The notes under the pieces are model-generated. The model was not told the origin of the DNA. It worked only from the letters and a program-made list of their open reading frames with translations, and searched no databases. This document shows positions 40,795 to 50,975 of a DNA stretch of 64,000 nucleotides, piece after piece. The position numbers and the translations under genes were made by a program. How positions within the stretch are numbered: position 1 is the stretch's first letter; each line of letters begins with the position of its first letter. The DNA is from Celerinatantimonas sp. MCCC 1A17872 (GTDB lineage: Bacteria > Pseudomonadota > Gammaproteobacteria > Enterobacterales > Celerinatantimonadaceae), in contig NZ_JBEQCS010000008.1 in assembly GCF_046054195.1 (NCBI RefSeq), positions 14,090 to 78,089 on the forward strand. Direction: 5' to 3'.

Positions 40795-41623
40795 AGCCCA
40801 TACGCGAAGGCTTAAAGAGTTGGCAGCGCTGATGCGCCATCATGCGTGTCATCGTCGCCACGGGCCTTATAAAGTTGGAGTCGATTTAGGAACGGCGAAT
40901 ATTGCGCTAGTCGTGGTTGATTACGCCAATCAACCGGTGACAGGCATTAGTTATCCATCAACGGTTGTGAAAGATGGTGTTGTGGTGGATTACCTAAAAG
41001 CGAGCGAAGTCGTATCTATGCTCAAAGCTCAGTTAGAAGAGCGCCTTGGTGAGCCTTTGAAATATGCTGCCACAGCGATTCCTCCGGGAATTTCCTCAGG
41101 TGACACGAAAGTAATTGTTAACGTAGTTGAAGCGGCTGGATTTACGGTTACCAATGTGATGGATGAGCCAGTTGCAGCAGCAGTTGCCTTAAACATCACC
41201 GATGGTGCCGTCGTAGATGTTGGTGGTGGCACAACTGGGATGAGTGTGTTTTGCAATAACCAAGTTATCTTTAGCGCCGATGAGCCAACTGGCGGCACAC
41301 ATATGACATTGGTCGTTGCTGGCGCTTTGAATCTTCAATACGAGCAAGCAGAAGCGTTAAAAATTGCAAAAGAGAATGAAGCGCAAGTCTTTGAGCTGAT
41401 TCGGCCAGTTGTTGAAAAAATGGCGACGTTAGTTTGTGGATGGCTGGGGCAGTATCCAGTTAAAAAATTATGGCTGGTGGGCGGGGCAAGTAGTTTCTCG
41501 CAGTTTGCCGATGTATTTAGTGGTGTGACGAATGTTCCCAGTGTTGTGGCCCCTGAGCCGCTATTAGTAACGCCATTGGGAATTGCTATCAAGGCAAAAG
41601 AGGTGGCATCTGTTCATTTATGA
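40787..41623 (+). CDS. eutJ: EutJ-like actin-fold ATPase/chaperone
   Basis: KVGVDLGTANIALVVVD… and …DVGGGTTGMSV motifs. 8-bp overlap with pduL. Confidence 0.8.
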   Translation: MAKAHTRRLKELAALMRHHACHRRHGPYKVGVDLGTANIALVVVDYANQPVTGISYPSTVVKDGVVVDYLKASEVVSMLKAQLEERLGEPLKYAATAIPPGISSGDTKVIVNVVEAAGFTVTNVMDEPVAAAVALNITDGAVVDVGGGTTGMSVFCNNQVIFSADEPTGGTHMTLVVAGALNLQYEQAEALKIAKENEAQVFELIRPVVEKMATLVCGWLGQYPVKKLWLVGGASSFSQFADVFSGVTNVPSVVAPEPLLVTPLGIAIKAKEVASVHL

Positions 41624-42309
41624 AAAATCCATCGTTTGAGCACAAACTTGATGCAATGATTTTTGCAATCCTTGAGCAAAAACGCTTAAAAGCCAAGTTG
41701 CTGCGAGTGGTTATCACCGGTTCTGATATGCGCTCATTAGAGCGGATCTTTGCCTGTATCGATGCGTTATATCATCGTGGTTACGCCATTGCGATATCGT
41801 TTTCATATTCAGCTTTTAACTCGATGCTCGCCCAAGTTTGTCAGCGTTGGATAGAGGTGAAAAAGCTTAATATCACAACAGATAACTGTGGCCCTCATTT
41901 ACCAAAAGATGACTATTACGGCGTTTTTTTCCCGGCATTGTCGATGAATAGCTTGGCTAAAATAGCTCAGTGTCTGAATGATAATATTGCCTGTGAATGG
42001 GCATTTGATGCGCTTGCATGCCGGCGCCCTGTCTATGTCACACTCAGCGTCGATGAGGACGAAAGTCATTTTTCCAGCACAATGCGCCAATGCCTGAGCG
42101 ATTACGTCAAAGCTCTTAAAGGCCTTGGGGTACACGTGCTCACCCAAGCTTGCCCAGCGGCTCATAACCGCCGACAGCTAATCACTGTTGCCGACGTTCG
42201 TAAGATGCAAAAGCTGACATCTTTGTCTGTCGAGGCTGATGCGCTAATTACCCCAGCGGCACGGGATGAAATCAATCGTTTACAACTTGTTCTGAATAGA
42301 AAAAGTTAG
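41620..42309 (+). CDS. Hypothetical microcompartment-associated protein, possibly PduM-like
   Basis: Occupies the PduM position (after PduL, before the vertex protein). C-terminal …LITPAARDEINRLQLVL resembles PduM …VVTAMARDAANARNIQLI. Confidence 0.4.
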   Translation: MKNPSFEHKLDAMIFAILEQKRLKAKLLRVVITGSDMRSLERIFACIDALYHRGYAIAISFSYSAFNSMLAQVCQRWIEVKKLNITTDNCGPHLPKDDYYGVFFPALSMNSLAKIAQCLNDNIACEWAFDALACRRPVYVTLSVDEDESHFSSTMRQCLSDYVKALKGLGVHVLTQACPAAHNRRQLITVADVRKMQKLTSLSVEADALITPAARDEINRLQLVLNRKS

Positions 42310-42318
42310 GAGGAACAT

Positions 42319-42591
42319 ATGTATCTGGCCAAAGTGACTGGTGCAATTGTATCAACCACCAAGCATGAATCTTTAATTGGAACCAAGTTATTGGTTGTGA
42401 GCCGCATGGATGCGAATCATCAGATAACTGGCTATCCAGAAATTGCTGTTGATTGCGTTGGTGCGGGCAATGGTGAAGTGGTGATCGTTGCTGTGGGTAG
42501 TTCGGCTCGTAAAAGTCGCGAGCAGGTAAACTCAGTGATTGATGCTGCTGTGGTGGGAATTGTTGACTCTCTCGAAGTGAATGATGATTAG
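42319..42591 (+). CDS. eutN: BMC vertex protein (EutN/PduN/CcmL, BMC-P)
   Basis: 90 aa. MYLAKVTGAIVSTTKHESLIGTKLLVV… is typical of BMC-P. Confidence 0.85.
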   Translation: MYLAKVTGAIVSTTKHESLIGTKLLVVSRMDANHQITGYPEIAVDCVGAGNGEVVIVAVGSSARKSREQVNSVIDAAVVGIVDSLEVNDD

Positions 42592-42624
42592 GCGATAAAA
42601 ACTCGATGATTTAAGGCCACTATT

Positions 42625-43143
42625 ATGAGCGTCAATCAAACCCGCGAAAGTCGAAGTCTTGATCATCTCATTGATCAGGCAATTGACCAATACGCTTATG
42701 AGCCAGTGACAACGCTAAGCTTAAACGATGCGATGACACTGGGGCGATTGGCCCACGAACAAGCGCATCAAATAGGTGTTGCAATCGTCTTTAGCATGCT
42801 CGATTCAATGGGCTATCAACGTTACTTTTTCAGCATGGATAATGCACTGCTAGTCAGCCACCAATTGGCGTATCGCAAGGCTTGGAGCGCGGTTGCTTTA
42901 AAAATGCCAACGCATGAGCTAGCAAGCCTTTGTCAACCCGGGCAAAGCTTGTATGGGCTGTTGAATCACCCAGATATCTGTTGTGTTGGGGGCGGGCTAC
43001 CTTGTTGGCATAAAGGACAACTGTTAGGTGCAATTGGCATTAGTGGCGGAAGTGTCGAGCAGGATATGTCGGTTGCCAGCAATACTTTGTTTAAATTTAG
43101 CCAGTCTCGTTATTTACTGACGTCGTCACCATTGGCGGTGTAA
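42625..43143 (+). CDS. DUF336 (GlcG / PduO C-terminal-like) haem-binding family protein
   Basis: …GGGLP…GQLLGAIGISGGSVEQD signature. Confidence 0.7.
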   Translation: MSVNQTRESRSLDHLIDQAIDQYAYEPVTTLSLNDAMTLGRLAHEQAHQIGVAIVFSMLDSMGYQRYFFSMDNALLVSHQLAYRKAWSAVALKMPTHELASLCQPGQSLYGLLNHPDICCVGGGLPCWHKGQLLGAIGISGGSVEQDMSVASNTLFKFSQSRYLLTSSPLAV

Positions 43144-43164
43144 GCCAAATCAGCCGAGGTTGTT

Positions 43165-44373
43165 ATGCCATCATCTGAGCGCGGCATTTTAGTCATTAAT
43201 TGTGGTTCATCATCGCTGAAATTTTCAGTGTTGCCGCAGGATAAGGATACTCCACTTTTTTATGGTATCGCGCAAAAGCTGGGGTTATCCGATGCCGAGA
43301 TCACCTTTCATGATGAGCAAGGACAAACTTGTTGTTACCCACTTAAACGCAGCTCTCACCAATGTGCGTTAGAAACATTGTTTGCCTATATGCGCCAGCA
43401 TTCAATGCTAGGGTCGTTATGTGCGATTGGTCATCGCGTGGCGCATGGCGGGAACCTCTTTAGCCATTCGGTATTGATTAATGATGAAGTGATTGCTCAA
43501 ATCCGAGGGCTTTGTGCGCTTGCTCCGCTGCATAATCCAGCGAATTTAATTGGTATTCGCAGCGCCTTGGAATTATTACCTGATATTCCCCAAGTCGCTG
43601 TATTTGATACCGCTTTTCATCAAACTATCCCCGCCAAAGCATATACTTATGCAATCCCTTTGGAATATCGCGAATTGTATCAGGTGCGCCGATATGGCTT
43701 TCATGGCAGCTCGCATCGCTACATTACCGCAGAAACTATTCATCGGTTGGGGTTAAATCCGGCGCAATGTGGGATTGTGATTGCTCATTTAGGCAATGGC
43801 TCATCGGTTTGTGCGGTAAAAAATGCGCAAAGCGTGGATACCTCGATGGGAATGACGCCGCTCGAAGGCCTAGTCATGGGAACTCGTTGTGGCGACCTAG
43901 ATTGCGGAGTCCTCGCATATTTAGCACGGTGCACTAAACAGTCGATTGAGTCGTTATATGAGTTAATGAACAATCAGTCCGGTTTACTTGGCTTATCTGG
44001 TATATCGAGTGATTTTCGCGCTTTACAAAGCGAAAGACTATCGGGAAACCCCCAAGCAACACTTGCCATCGATGTCATGATCCATCGTCTGGCGCGTCAT
44101 ATTGGGGGGCATATGGCTTCGTTAGAGCATTTGGATGCATTAGTGTTTACCGGTGGAATCGGTGAAAATTCGCCGCTGGTTCGAGAGTTGACCGTTAAAA
44201 GTCTGGCGGTTTTTGGTTTTCGTTTGGATGAGCGGCAAAATAACGCAATGTGCTGCGGTGAAAGCGGCATTATTTCGCAACCTAACACCCCTGTGGTAAT
44301 GGTTATTCCAACCAATGAAGAAAAAATGATAGCCAAAGATGCAGCCGATATTGCACAGGGTATTGCATTGTAA
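43165..44373 (+). CDS. Acetate/propionate kinase (AckA/PduW family)
   Basis: ILVINCGSSSLKF and the phosphate-binding motif FHGSSHRY. Confidence 0.85.
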   Translation: MPSSERGILVINCGSSSLKFSVLPQDKDTPLFYGIAQKLGLSDAEITFHDEQGQTCCYPLKRSSHQCALETLFAYMRQHSMLGSLCAIGHRVAHGGNLFSHSVLINDEVIAQIRGLCALAPLHNPANLIGIRSALELLPDIPQVAVFDTAFHQTIPAKAYTYAIPLEYRELYQVRRYGFHGSSHRYITAETIHRLGLNPAQCGIVIAHLGNGSSVCAVKNAQSVDTSMGMTPLEGLVMGTRCGDLDCGVLAYLARCTKQSIESLYELMNNQSGLLGLSGISSDFRALQSERLSGNPQATLAIDVMIHRLARHIGGHMASLEHLDALVFTGGIGENSPLVRELTVKSLAVFGFRLDERQNNAMCCGESGIISQPNTPVVMVIPTNEEKMIAKDAADIAQGIAL

Positions 44374-44729
44374 TTATTAGCTCTACCAAGGCATTTATGT
44401 GGGTTATCTTATCCATTTCATCGCTATTTATATCTGCTGTTTTTAGTTTTTATCCCCCTCGTTGGCAGCGTCTGCGTTCGCTTGTTTTCTCTTTTGAATA
44501 AACCTGCAATTTATTGCATCTATCTAAGCGATGACCGCAAAAGAATCCCCCTAGGGGGCAAAACATTTTTCGGTAATCTTCATATGATGAAGATGCTAGG
44601 GAGGGTTGATCTTTGGTAGTTGCAAAACTAATCACAAAAGGTCCACTCCTCTAGTTAAAACGCATCAAGGTGAGCCGGGAGCGCTTAAGCCTTTTTGCTT
44701 TAATTATCATCGAAATTGCCGAGGTAGAT

Positions 44730-45011
44730 ATGCAACAAGAAGCATTAGGTATGGTTGAAACAAAAGGGTTGGTTTCTGCCATTGAAGCCGCCGATACCAT
44801 GGTTAAGTCTGCCAATGTGACACTGGTTGGTTACGAAAAAATTGGTTCAGGATTAGTCACTGTTATGGTCCGCGGTGATGTCGGAGCGGTAAAAGCTGCC
44901 ACCGATGCAGGATCCTCTGCTGCGGCGAAAGTTGGCGAATTGGTTTCTGTCCACGTCATTCCTCGTCCACATGTCGAAGTCGAAAAAATTCTACCCAAAA
45001 CGCTTGAGTAA
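44730..45011 (+). CDS. BMC-H shell protein (PduA/EutM-like)
   Basis: [35 protein letters not shown] 6 nt upstream of the ATG. Confidence 0.85.
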   Translation: MQQEALGMVETKGLVSAIEAADTMVKSANVTLVGYEKIGSGLVTVMVRGDVGAVKAATDAGSSAAAKVGELVSVHVIPRPHVEVEKILPKTLE

Positions 45012-45026
45012 TCCATTTAGAGGGGC

Positions 45027-45818
45027 GTGACAATGAAAGAGAATCTTGTTGAGCAGATTATTTCTGAGGTAATGAATAATCAAAGTCATGTCGGTGAGCC
45101 AAGCCAAACTACGAAAAGCGGCCCATGTGGGTTAACTGAGTTTGTGGGTAGTTCTGAACTTGGTCATACCATCGGTTTAGTGATAGCAAGCGTCGATAGC
45201 CAGCTGCACGAAGTGATGAATATCGATACTAAATATCGCTCCATCGGTATTTTGGGCGCTCGCACAGGTGCCGGCCCACACATTTTTGCAGCCGATGAAG
45301 CGGTTAAAGCCACGAACAGTGAAATTGTCGCCATTGAGCTGTGCCGAGACACTGAAGGTGGTGGCGGCCATGGCTCTTTAATTATCTTTGGCGCTGAAGA
45401 CGTATCAGATGTGCGCCGCGCGGTGGAAGTTGCTCTGTCCGAGCTCAAACGCACTATGGGCGATGTTTATGGCTCACCCGCTGGCCATTTGGAATTTCAA
45501 TACACAGCTCGGGCCAGCTATGCGCTTAATAAAGCGTTTGGTGCGCCAATTGGCCGCTCATTCGGTATGACTTGTGCCGCTCCTGCCGCTATTGGGGTTG
45601 TGATCGCAGATACTGCTGCCAAAGCTGCGGTAATTGAGCCTGTTGCCTATTCGAGCCCGCAAAAGGGAACTTGTTTTAGCAACGAAGCCATATTTACTTT
45701 TGCGGGGGATTCTGGCGCCGTTCGCCAGGCCATTGTAGCGGCTCGAGAAGTTGGGTTGCAGTTACTCTCAACGATGGACTCAGCGCCAATTAAATCAACG
45801 ACAACTCCATATATTTAA
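45027..45818 (+). CDS. pduB: Tandem-BMC-domain shell protein (PduB-like, BMC-T)
   Basis: 263 aa with two permuted BMC domains and a GGGG loop, PduB-like. Confidence 0.75.
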   Translation: MTMKENLVEQIISEVMNNQSHVGEPSQTTKSGPCGLTEFVGSSELGHTIGLVIASVDSQLHEVMNIDTKYRSIGILGARTGAGPHIFAADEAVKATNSEIVAIELCRDTEGGGGHGSLIIFGAEDVSDVRRAVEVALSELKRTMGDVYGSPAGHLEFQYTARASYALNKAFGAPIGRSFGMTCAAPAAIGVVIADTAAKAAVIEPVAYSSPQKGTCFSNEAIFTFAGDSGAVRQAIVAAREVGLQLLSTMDSAPIKSTTTPYI

Positions 45819-45855
45819 GTTCATTGGTGCGCGTTTAAGTGGCGTGTAGTAAGGA

Positions 45856-47376
45856 ATGGCTAGTATGAATGATACTGAAATTACTCAGGCGGTCGCGCAT
45901 GTTTTGAGTAAATATACCCAAACAAACCCGCCTGAAGAGCATACCTGTCAGAGCGAAAATTCAAGCTTTGAGTTGGATAGAATCGTTGCTAAGGCTTTGG
46001 CCGAGAAGTTTTCAACCGCTGCCGTTGAGCCGCTATCTGCTCCAACGATTGACTCTCATGCAGGTGTCTTTGCAGCGATGGATGAAGCAATTGGTGCAGC
46101 TTTACAGGCTCAGATCCAATATCGGCATTGTTCAATGCGTGATAGAGAAAGCTTTATCAGTGGGATCCGCAGCATTTTTATTCAGGAGTCAATTCTTGAA
46201 AAAATTTCGCGGATGACAGTCGATGAAACAGGCATGGGCAATTACGATGATAAATTGATTAAAAATCGAATTGCTGCCACTAAAACCCCTGGTACCGAAG
46301 ATCTCACAACGTTTGCGTTATCTGGTGATGATGGCCTTTCATTGATGGAATATTCGGCTTATGGGGTGATTGGCTCGATTACCCCAACCACCAATCCAAC
46401 CGAAACCATTATCAACAATACTATTGGCATGTTGGCTGCTGGAAATACCGTGGTATTTAGCCCACATCCGCGCTCAACCAAAGTATCGCTCTATACCATC
46501 GATTTAATTAACCGCAAACTTGCTGAGCTTGGCGCACCTAACAACTTAGTTGTCACAGTTGCCAAGCCATCGATTGAGAATACCAATGCGTTAATGAATG
46601 ACCCGCGGGTCAACATGCTGGTTGCAACGGGTGGGCCTTCGATAGTGCGCGCCATTATGTCGACCGGGAAAAAGGCAATTGGTGCTGGAGCCGGGAACCC
46701 GCCTGTGGTCGTGGATGAAACGGCCAATGTGGAAAAAGCCGCTCAAGACATCATCAACGGCTGTGCCTTTGATAATAATCTGCCGTGCATCGCCGAAAAA
46801 GAGCTGATTGTCGTTAATGAAGTGGCTGACTATTTGATTCATTGCATGAAAAAATGCGGCGGTTATTTATTGTGCGATCCCAAATTAGCTCATCAGCTGC
46901 AGAATCTGGTCATCAATGCCAAAGGCACTGGCCCTAAAACTGAGTTTGTCGGTAAGAACGCCCGTTATCTTTTGGAACAGTTGGGAATTGACGCGCCAGC
47001 TGACATAAAAGTGATTCTCATTGAAACAGAACGAGACGACCCATTTGTTGTGAATGAGTTGATGATGCCGATTTTGCCAATTGTGCGCGTGGGCAACGTC
47101 GATGAAGCGATTGATTTGGCAGTAAAAGTTGAGCATGGCAACCGTCATACCGCGATGATGCATTCGATGAATGTAGAAAAATTAACCAAAATGGCCCGTT
47201 TAATCCAGACCACTATTTTTGTCAAAAATGGGCCATCGTATGCCGGAATTGGTGTGGGTGGCGAAGGCCATACCACCTTTACGATTGCAGGCCCTACCGG
47301 TGAAGGGCTGACTTCGGCCCGCTCGTTTGCCCGGCATCGGCGCTGCGTGATGGTCGAAGCGTTGAATGTTCGCTAG
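45856..47376 (+). CDS. CoA-acylating aldehyde dehydrogenase (EutE/PduP-like)
   Basis: 506 aa. ALDH fold with a catalytic Cys region (…NNLPCIAEKE…) and an N-terminal ~40-aa extension that may act as an encapsulation peptide. Confidence 0.85.
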   Translation: MASMNDTEITQAVAHVLSKYTQTNPPEEHTCQSENSSFELDRIVAKALAEKFSTAAVEPLSAPTIDSHAGVFAAMDEAIGAALQAQIQYRHCSMRDRESFISGIRSIFIQESILEKISRMTVDETGMGNYDDKLIKNRIAATKTPGTEDLTTFALSGDDGLSLMEYSAYGVIGSITPTTNPTETIINNTIGMLAAGNTVVFSPHPRSTKVSLYTIDLINRKLAELGAPNNLVVTVAKPSIENTNALMNDPRVNMLVATGGPSIVRAIMSTGKKAIGAGAGNPPVVVDETANVEKAAQDIINGCAFDNNLPCIAEKELIVVNEVADYLIHCMKKCGGYLLCDPKLAHQLQNLVINAKGTGPKTEFVGKNARYLLEQLGIDAPADIKVILIETERDDPFVVNELMMPILPIVRVGNVDEAIDLAVKVEHGNRHTAMMHSMNVEKLTKMARLIQTTIFVKNGPSYAGIGVGGEGHTTFTIAGPTGEGLTSARSFARHRRCVMVEALNVR

Positions 47377-47399
47377 TTCGTTTTAAGGTGGAGCTGAGC

Positions 47400-47699
47400 A
47401 TGAAAGTTCGAATTATCAATGCGCCAGGGGCCGATGTTTTAGCCATGCTAAAACGGCGAATTTCACCCGAGCTAAGACAAAGCATCGATTTGGTCTGCAC
47501 CGATGCAATTGGGTTAGTGCTATTGCCGATTCCTGATCTGTATTTTTATGCAGATAAAGTCAGCAAAAGGGCCAATGTCACAGTCACTGAGATCTGTGGA
47601 ACTTGTCCTCAGCATGTCACCACCCTTGGCATTTTTGGCGAGCTTTCCGCAGTAAGAGACGCGGTTCAAGTGATAGAGGAGGACTCAGAGAGTTTCTGA
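47400..47699 (+). CDS. Permuted BMC-domain shell protein (EutS/PduU-like)
   Basis: ~100 aa. The pattern …IDLVCTDAIGLVLL…ANVTVTEI…GIFGELSAV fits a permuted BMC fold. Confidence 0.55.
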   Translation: MKVRIINAPGADVLAMLKRRISPELRQSIDLVCTDAIGLVLLPIPDLYFYADKVSKRANVTVTEICGTCPQHVTTLGIFGELSAVRDAVQVIEEDSESF

Positions 47700-47707
47700 G
47701 TGAACCG

Positions 47708-48316
47708 ATGAATAAGCTCCTCATCTTAGCCGGTGATTTTTCAGAAGATTATGAAGTAATGGTGCCTTTTCAGGCGCTAAAAATGCTCGGATTTGATGTT
47801 GATGTGGTATGCCCGGGAAAGTTAAGTGGTGAATGTATAAAAACAGCGATTCACGATTTTGAAGGGGATCAGACTTACAGCGAAAAACCTGGCCATTTGT
47901 TTGTATTAAATGCCTCGTTTCGCGATCTCAACCTTGCTGAATATAGCGGTTTATATATCACCGGTGGGCGTTCATCAGAGTATTTAAGACTGGATGCAAG
48001 GGTGTTGCATGTTGTGGATTATGCCATTCACTTTGCGCTTCCCATGGCAGCGATTTGCCATGGAGTCCAGATCTTGGTTGCAGCTAATGTGCTTAAAGGA
48101 AGAAAAGTAACAGGGTATCCGAGTGTGAAACCTGAAGTCGAACTTGCGGGTGGGCAATGGGTTAGCGCTTGTGATGATGGGGCAGTAACCGATGGCAATT
48201 TGGTGACGGCTCCCACTTGGAAAGCGCATCCGGAACTGTTACGTGCGTTTATTCATTTGCTTGGGATTCGCTTCATGCAGAAGGCATCAGGCTCTGTCGC
48301 AAGGCTAAATAATTAA
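47708..48316 (+). CDS. DJ-1/PfpI-family protein (class I glutamine amidotransferase-like)
   Basis: Nucleophile elbow AAICHGVQIL and the overall DJ-1 fold pattern. 9 nt after the EutS-like gene. Confidence 0.7.
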   Translation: MNKLLILAGDFSEDYEVMVPFQALKMLGFDVDVVCPGKLSGECIKTAIHDFEGDQTYSEKPGHLFVLNASFRDLNLAEYSGLYITGGRSSEYLRLDARVLHVVDYAIHFALPMAAICHGVQILVAANVLKGRKVTGYPSVKPEVELAGGQWVSACDDGAVTDGNLVTAPTWKAHPELLRAFIHLLGIRFMQKASGSVARLNN

Positions 48317-48362
48317 GGTGTGATCTCGCTGTCTCGCCTTATCATATTTCGGGAGTAATTCT

Positions 48363-50912
48363 ATGTTAGAGAAAGGTTTTTCTAATCCGACCGATCGTGT
48401 TGTAAGACTCAAAACCATGATTCTGCAAGCTAAACCTTATGTAGAATCCGAACGAGCCGTGCTAGCAACCGAGGCCCATAAAGAGAATCAACATTTGCCT
48501 GCTGTTATGCGCCGGGCAAAAATGGTTGAAAAAATATTCAATGAATTGCCGGTGACTATTCGCCCTGATGAGCTGATTGTTGGGTCGGTAACCAAGCATC
48601 CGCGTTCGACTGAAATCTGCCCTGAGTTTTCATTCGATTGGGTAGAAAAAGAGTTCGAGACGATGGCTTCGCGAATGGCTGACCCATTTATTATTGAAAA
48701 ACAAACCGCTCAGCAATTACATGATGCATTTTTGTATTGGCCGGGTAAAACCACCAGTGAGCTGGCTTCGTCATATATGTCCCAGTCAACGCATGACAGT
48801 ATGGATAATGGCGTCTTTACGGTGGGTAACTACTATTTTGGCGGTGTTGGGCATGTTTGTGTCGATTATGGCAAAATTCTGAAAATTGGTTTTCAAGGAA
48901 TTATCGACGAAGTCACAAGTGCGCTGGAAAATTTAGACAGAACTAAACCTGATTACATTAAAAAAGAACAGTTCTACCATGCAGTATTGATTAGCTATCA
49001 AGCTGCGATTAATTATGCGCATCGTTATGCCGACGAAGCGGCGCGACTTGCTCAGCAAGAGCATAATCCGCAGCGAAAACAAGAACTCCAGCAGATCTCC
49101 AAAAACTGTCGCAGAGTCCCTGAATTTGGCGCAACTACCTTCTGGGAAGCCTGCCAAACATTCTGGTTTTTGCAAAGTATGTTGCAAATCGAATCCAGTG
49201 GCCATTCCATTTCACCGGGACGTTTTGACCAGTACATGTATCCATATTTAGCGGGCGATCATGCAATATCTGATGAGTTTGCCCAAGAGCTGGTGGATTG
49301 CTGCTGGATAAAACTCAACGATATCAATAAAACGCGTGATGAGGTCTCAGCTCAAGCATTTGCCGGTTACGCAGTGTTTCAAAATTTATGTGTTGGTGGC
49401 CAAAATGAACAAGGTTTAGATGCAACCAACCGTTTGAGTTATATGTGTATGGAAGCCTGCGCTCACGTTAGTTTGCCGCAGCCGTCATTTTCTATTCGAG
49501 TTTGGCAAGGCACGCCAGATGAATTTTTGTTCCGAGCTTCAGAAGTGGTTCGCTTAGGGCTCGGTGTGCCAGCGATGTATAACGATGAGGTGATTATTCC
49601 AGCGCTGCAAAACCGTGGTGTGTCACTTAAAGATGCTCGAAATTATTGCATTATTGGCTGCGTTGAACCGCAATGCCCGAATAAAACAGAAGGTTGGCAC
49701 GATGCAGCATTCTTTAATGTGGCAAAAGTGCTCGAAATTACCCTGCACAATGGCCGGGTTGGCAATAAACAGCTAGGGCCAGTGACGGGTGAAATGACCC
49801 AATGGCATAGTATCGAAGACTTTTATAGCGCATTTGAAAAACAGATGGCGCATTTTGTCCATAACTTGGTTGAAGCGTGTAATAGCGTCGATATGGCACA
49901 TGCCGAACGCTGTCCTCTGCCATTTTTATCCGCCATGGTTGATGATTGCATTGGTCGAGGAAAATCTTTGCAAGAGGGCGGTGCTATCTATAACTTCACG
50001 GGCCCGCAAGCTTTCGGGATTGCCGACAGTGGCGACTCTGTTTACGCAATGCAAAAACACGTGTTCGATGAAGGAAAAATCTCGCTTGAAGAGCTAAAAG
50101 GCGCATTGGATGCAAACTTTGGCCATGGGGTCGGTGAGAAAGTTGCAAGTAATACATCAAACTCTTATGCCGAACAAGATGTCTATGCCGTGGTTAAACG
50201 AATTATCGATCAAAATAGTTCGTTATCTCCGGCGGCAATTAAAGACGAGGTCTATCGTCAGTTAAATACAGTTTCTAACTCTGCGGTTGTGAGCACTGGC
50301 AATCTGTCTCGCTATGAAGAGCTACGCCATCTTTTGGAAAATACCCCGTGTTTTGGCAACGATATTGATGATGTTGACTACGTTGCTCGTCGGTGTGCTC
50401 TGGTTTATTGCAAAGAAGTTGAAAAATATACAAATCCTCGTGGCGGCCAGTTCCAGGCCGGTATTTATCCGGTGTCGGCTAATGTGCTCTTTGGTAAAGA
50501 TGTTGCCGCTTTACCTGATGGACGATTGGCAAAAGAGCCGCTCGCCGATGGGGTTTCACCTCGTCAGGGTAAAGATACCCAAGGGCCAACCGCTGCTGCT
50601 AACTCAGTGGCGAAACTTGATCACTTTATCGCATCAAATGGCACGCTATATAACCAGAAGTTTTTGCCATCAGCCTTAAAAGGTGAAAATGGTATTCGTA
50701 ACTTTAGTGGTTTGGTTCGCAGTTACTTTGATAAAAAAGGGATGCATGTGCAATTTAATGTGGTCGACAGAGACACCCTTATTGAGGCACAAAAACATCC
50801 TCAGGAGCATCAGGATTTAGTGGTTCGAGTGGCGGGGTATAGTGCGCAATTTATTGTACTGGCTAAAGAAGTTCAGGACGATATTATCAGCCGAACTGAG
50901 CAGCATTTTTAA
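48363..50912 (+). CDS. Glycyl radical enzyme of the PFL-like family. The dehydratase/lyase subclass could be 1,2-propanediol dehydratase or choline TMA-lyase; undetermined.
   Basis: 849 aa. Glycyl-radical motif VRVAGYSAQF near the C-terminus and catalytic Cys-x-Glu (IIGCVEP). Confidence 0.9.
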   Translation: MLEKGFSNPTDRVVRLKTMILQAKPYVESERAVLATEAHKENQHLPAVMRRAKMVEKIFNELPVTIRPDELIVGSVTKHPRSTEICPEFSFDWVEKEFETMASRMADPFIIEKQTAQQLHDAFLYWPGKTTSELASSYMSQSTHDSMDNGVFTVGNYYFGGVGHVCVDYGKILKIGFQGIIDEVTSALENLDRTKPDYIKKEQFYHAVLISYQAAINYAHRYADEAARLAQQEHNPQRKQELQQISKNCRRVPEFGATTFWEACQTFWFLQSMLQIESSGHSISPGRFDQYMYPYLAGDHAISDEFAQELVDCCWIKLNDINKTRDEVSAQAFAGYAVFQNLCVGGQNEQGLDATNRLSYMCMEACAHVSLPQPSFSIRVWQGTPDEFLFRASEVVRLGLGVPAMYNDEVIIPALQNRGVSLKDARNYCIIGCVEPQCPNKTEGWHDAAFFNVAKVLEITLHNGRVGNKQLGPVTGEMTQWHSIEDFYSAFEKQMAHFVHNLVEACNSVDMAHAERCPLPFLSAMVDDCIGRGKSLQEGGAIYNFTGPQAFGIADSGDSVYAMQKHVFDEGKISLEELKGALDANFGHGVGEKVASNTSNSYAEQDVYAVVKRIIDQNSSLSPAAIKDEVYRQLNTVSNSAVVSTGNLSRYEELRHLLENTPCFGNDIDDVDYVARRCALVYCKEVEKYTNPRGGQFQAGIYPVSANVLFGKDVAALPDGRLAKEPLADGVSPRQGKDTQGPTAAANSVAKLDHFIASNGTLYNQKFLPSALKGENGIRNFSGLVRSYFDKKGMHVQFNVVDRDTLIEAQKHPQEHQDLVVRVAGYSAQFIVLAKEVQDDIISRTEQHF

Positions 50913-50975
50913 ATCGCATCGAACAGGCCGTTCGATGAGCGGCCTGCAGTCTTTTCAAGATTAAAGAGCAGTGCT

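Noticed and set aside
44450-44635. 61-aa minus-strand ORF in the BMC intergenic gap
   Set aside because: Arg/Cys-rich and without an RBS. More likely non-coding regulatory sequence.
48363-50912. Pyruvate formate-lyase (PflB) identity for the glycyl radical enzyme
   Set aside because: A single catalytic Cys-x-Glu (GCVEP) is present instead of the PFL Cys-Cys pair. The gene also sits in a BMC context with an aldehyde dehydrogenase, so it is of the dehydratase/lyase subclass.
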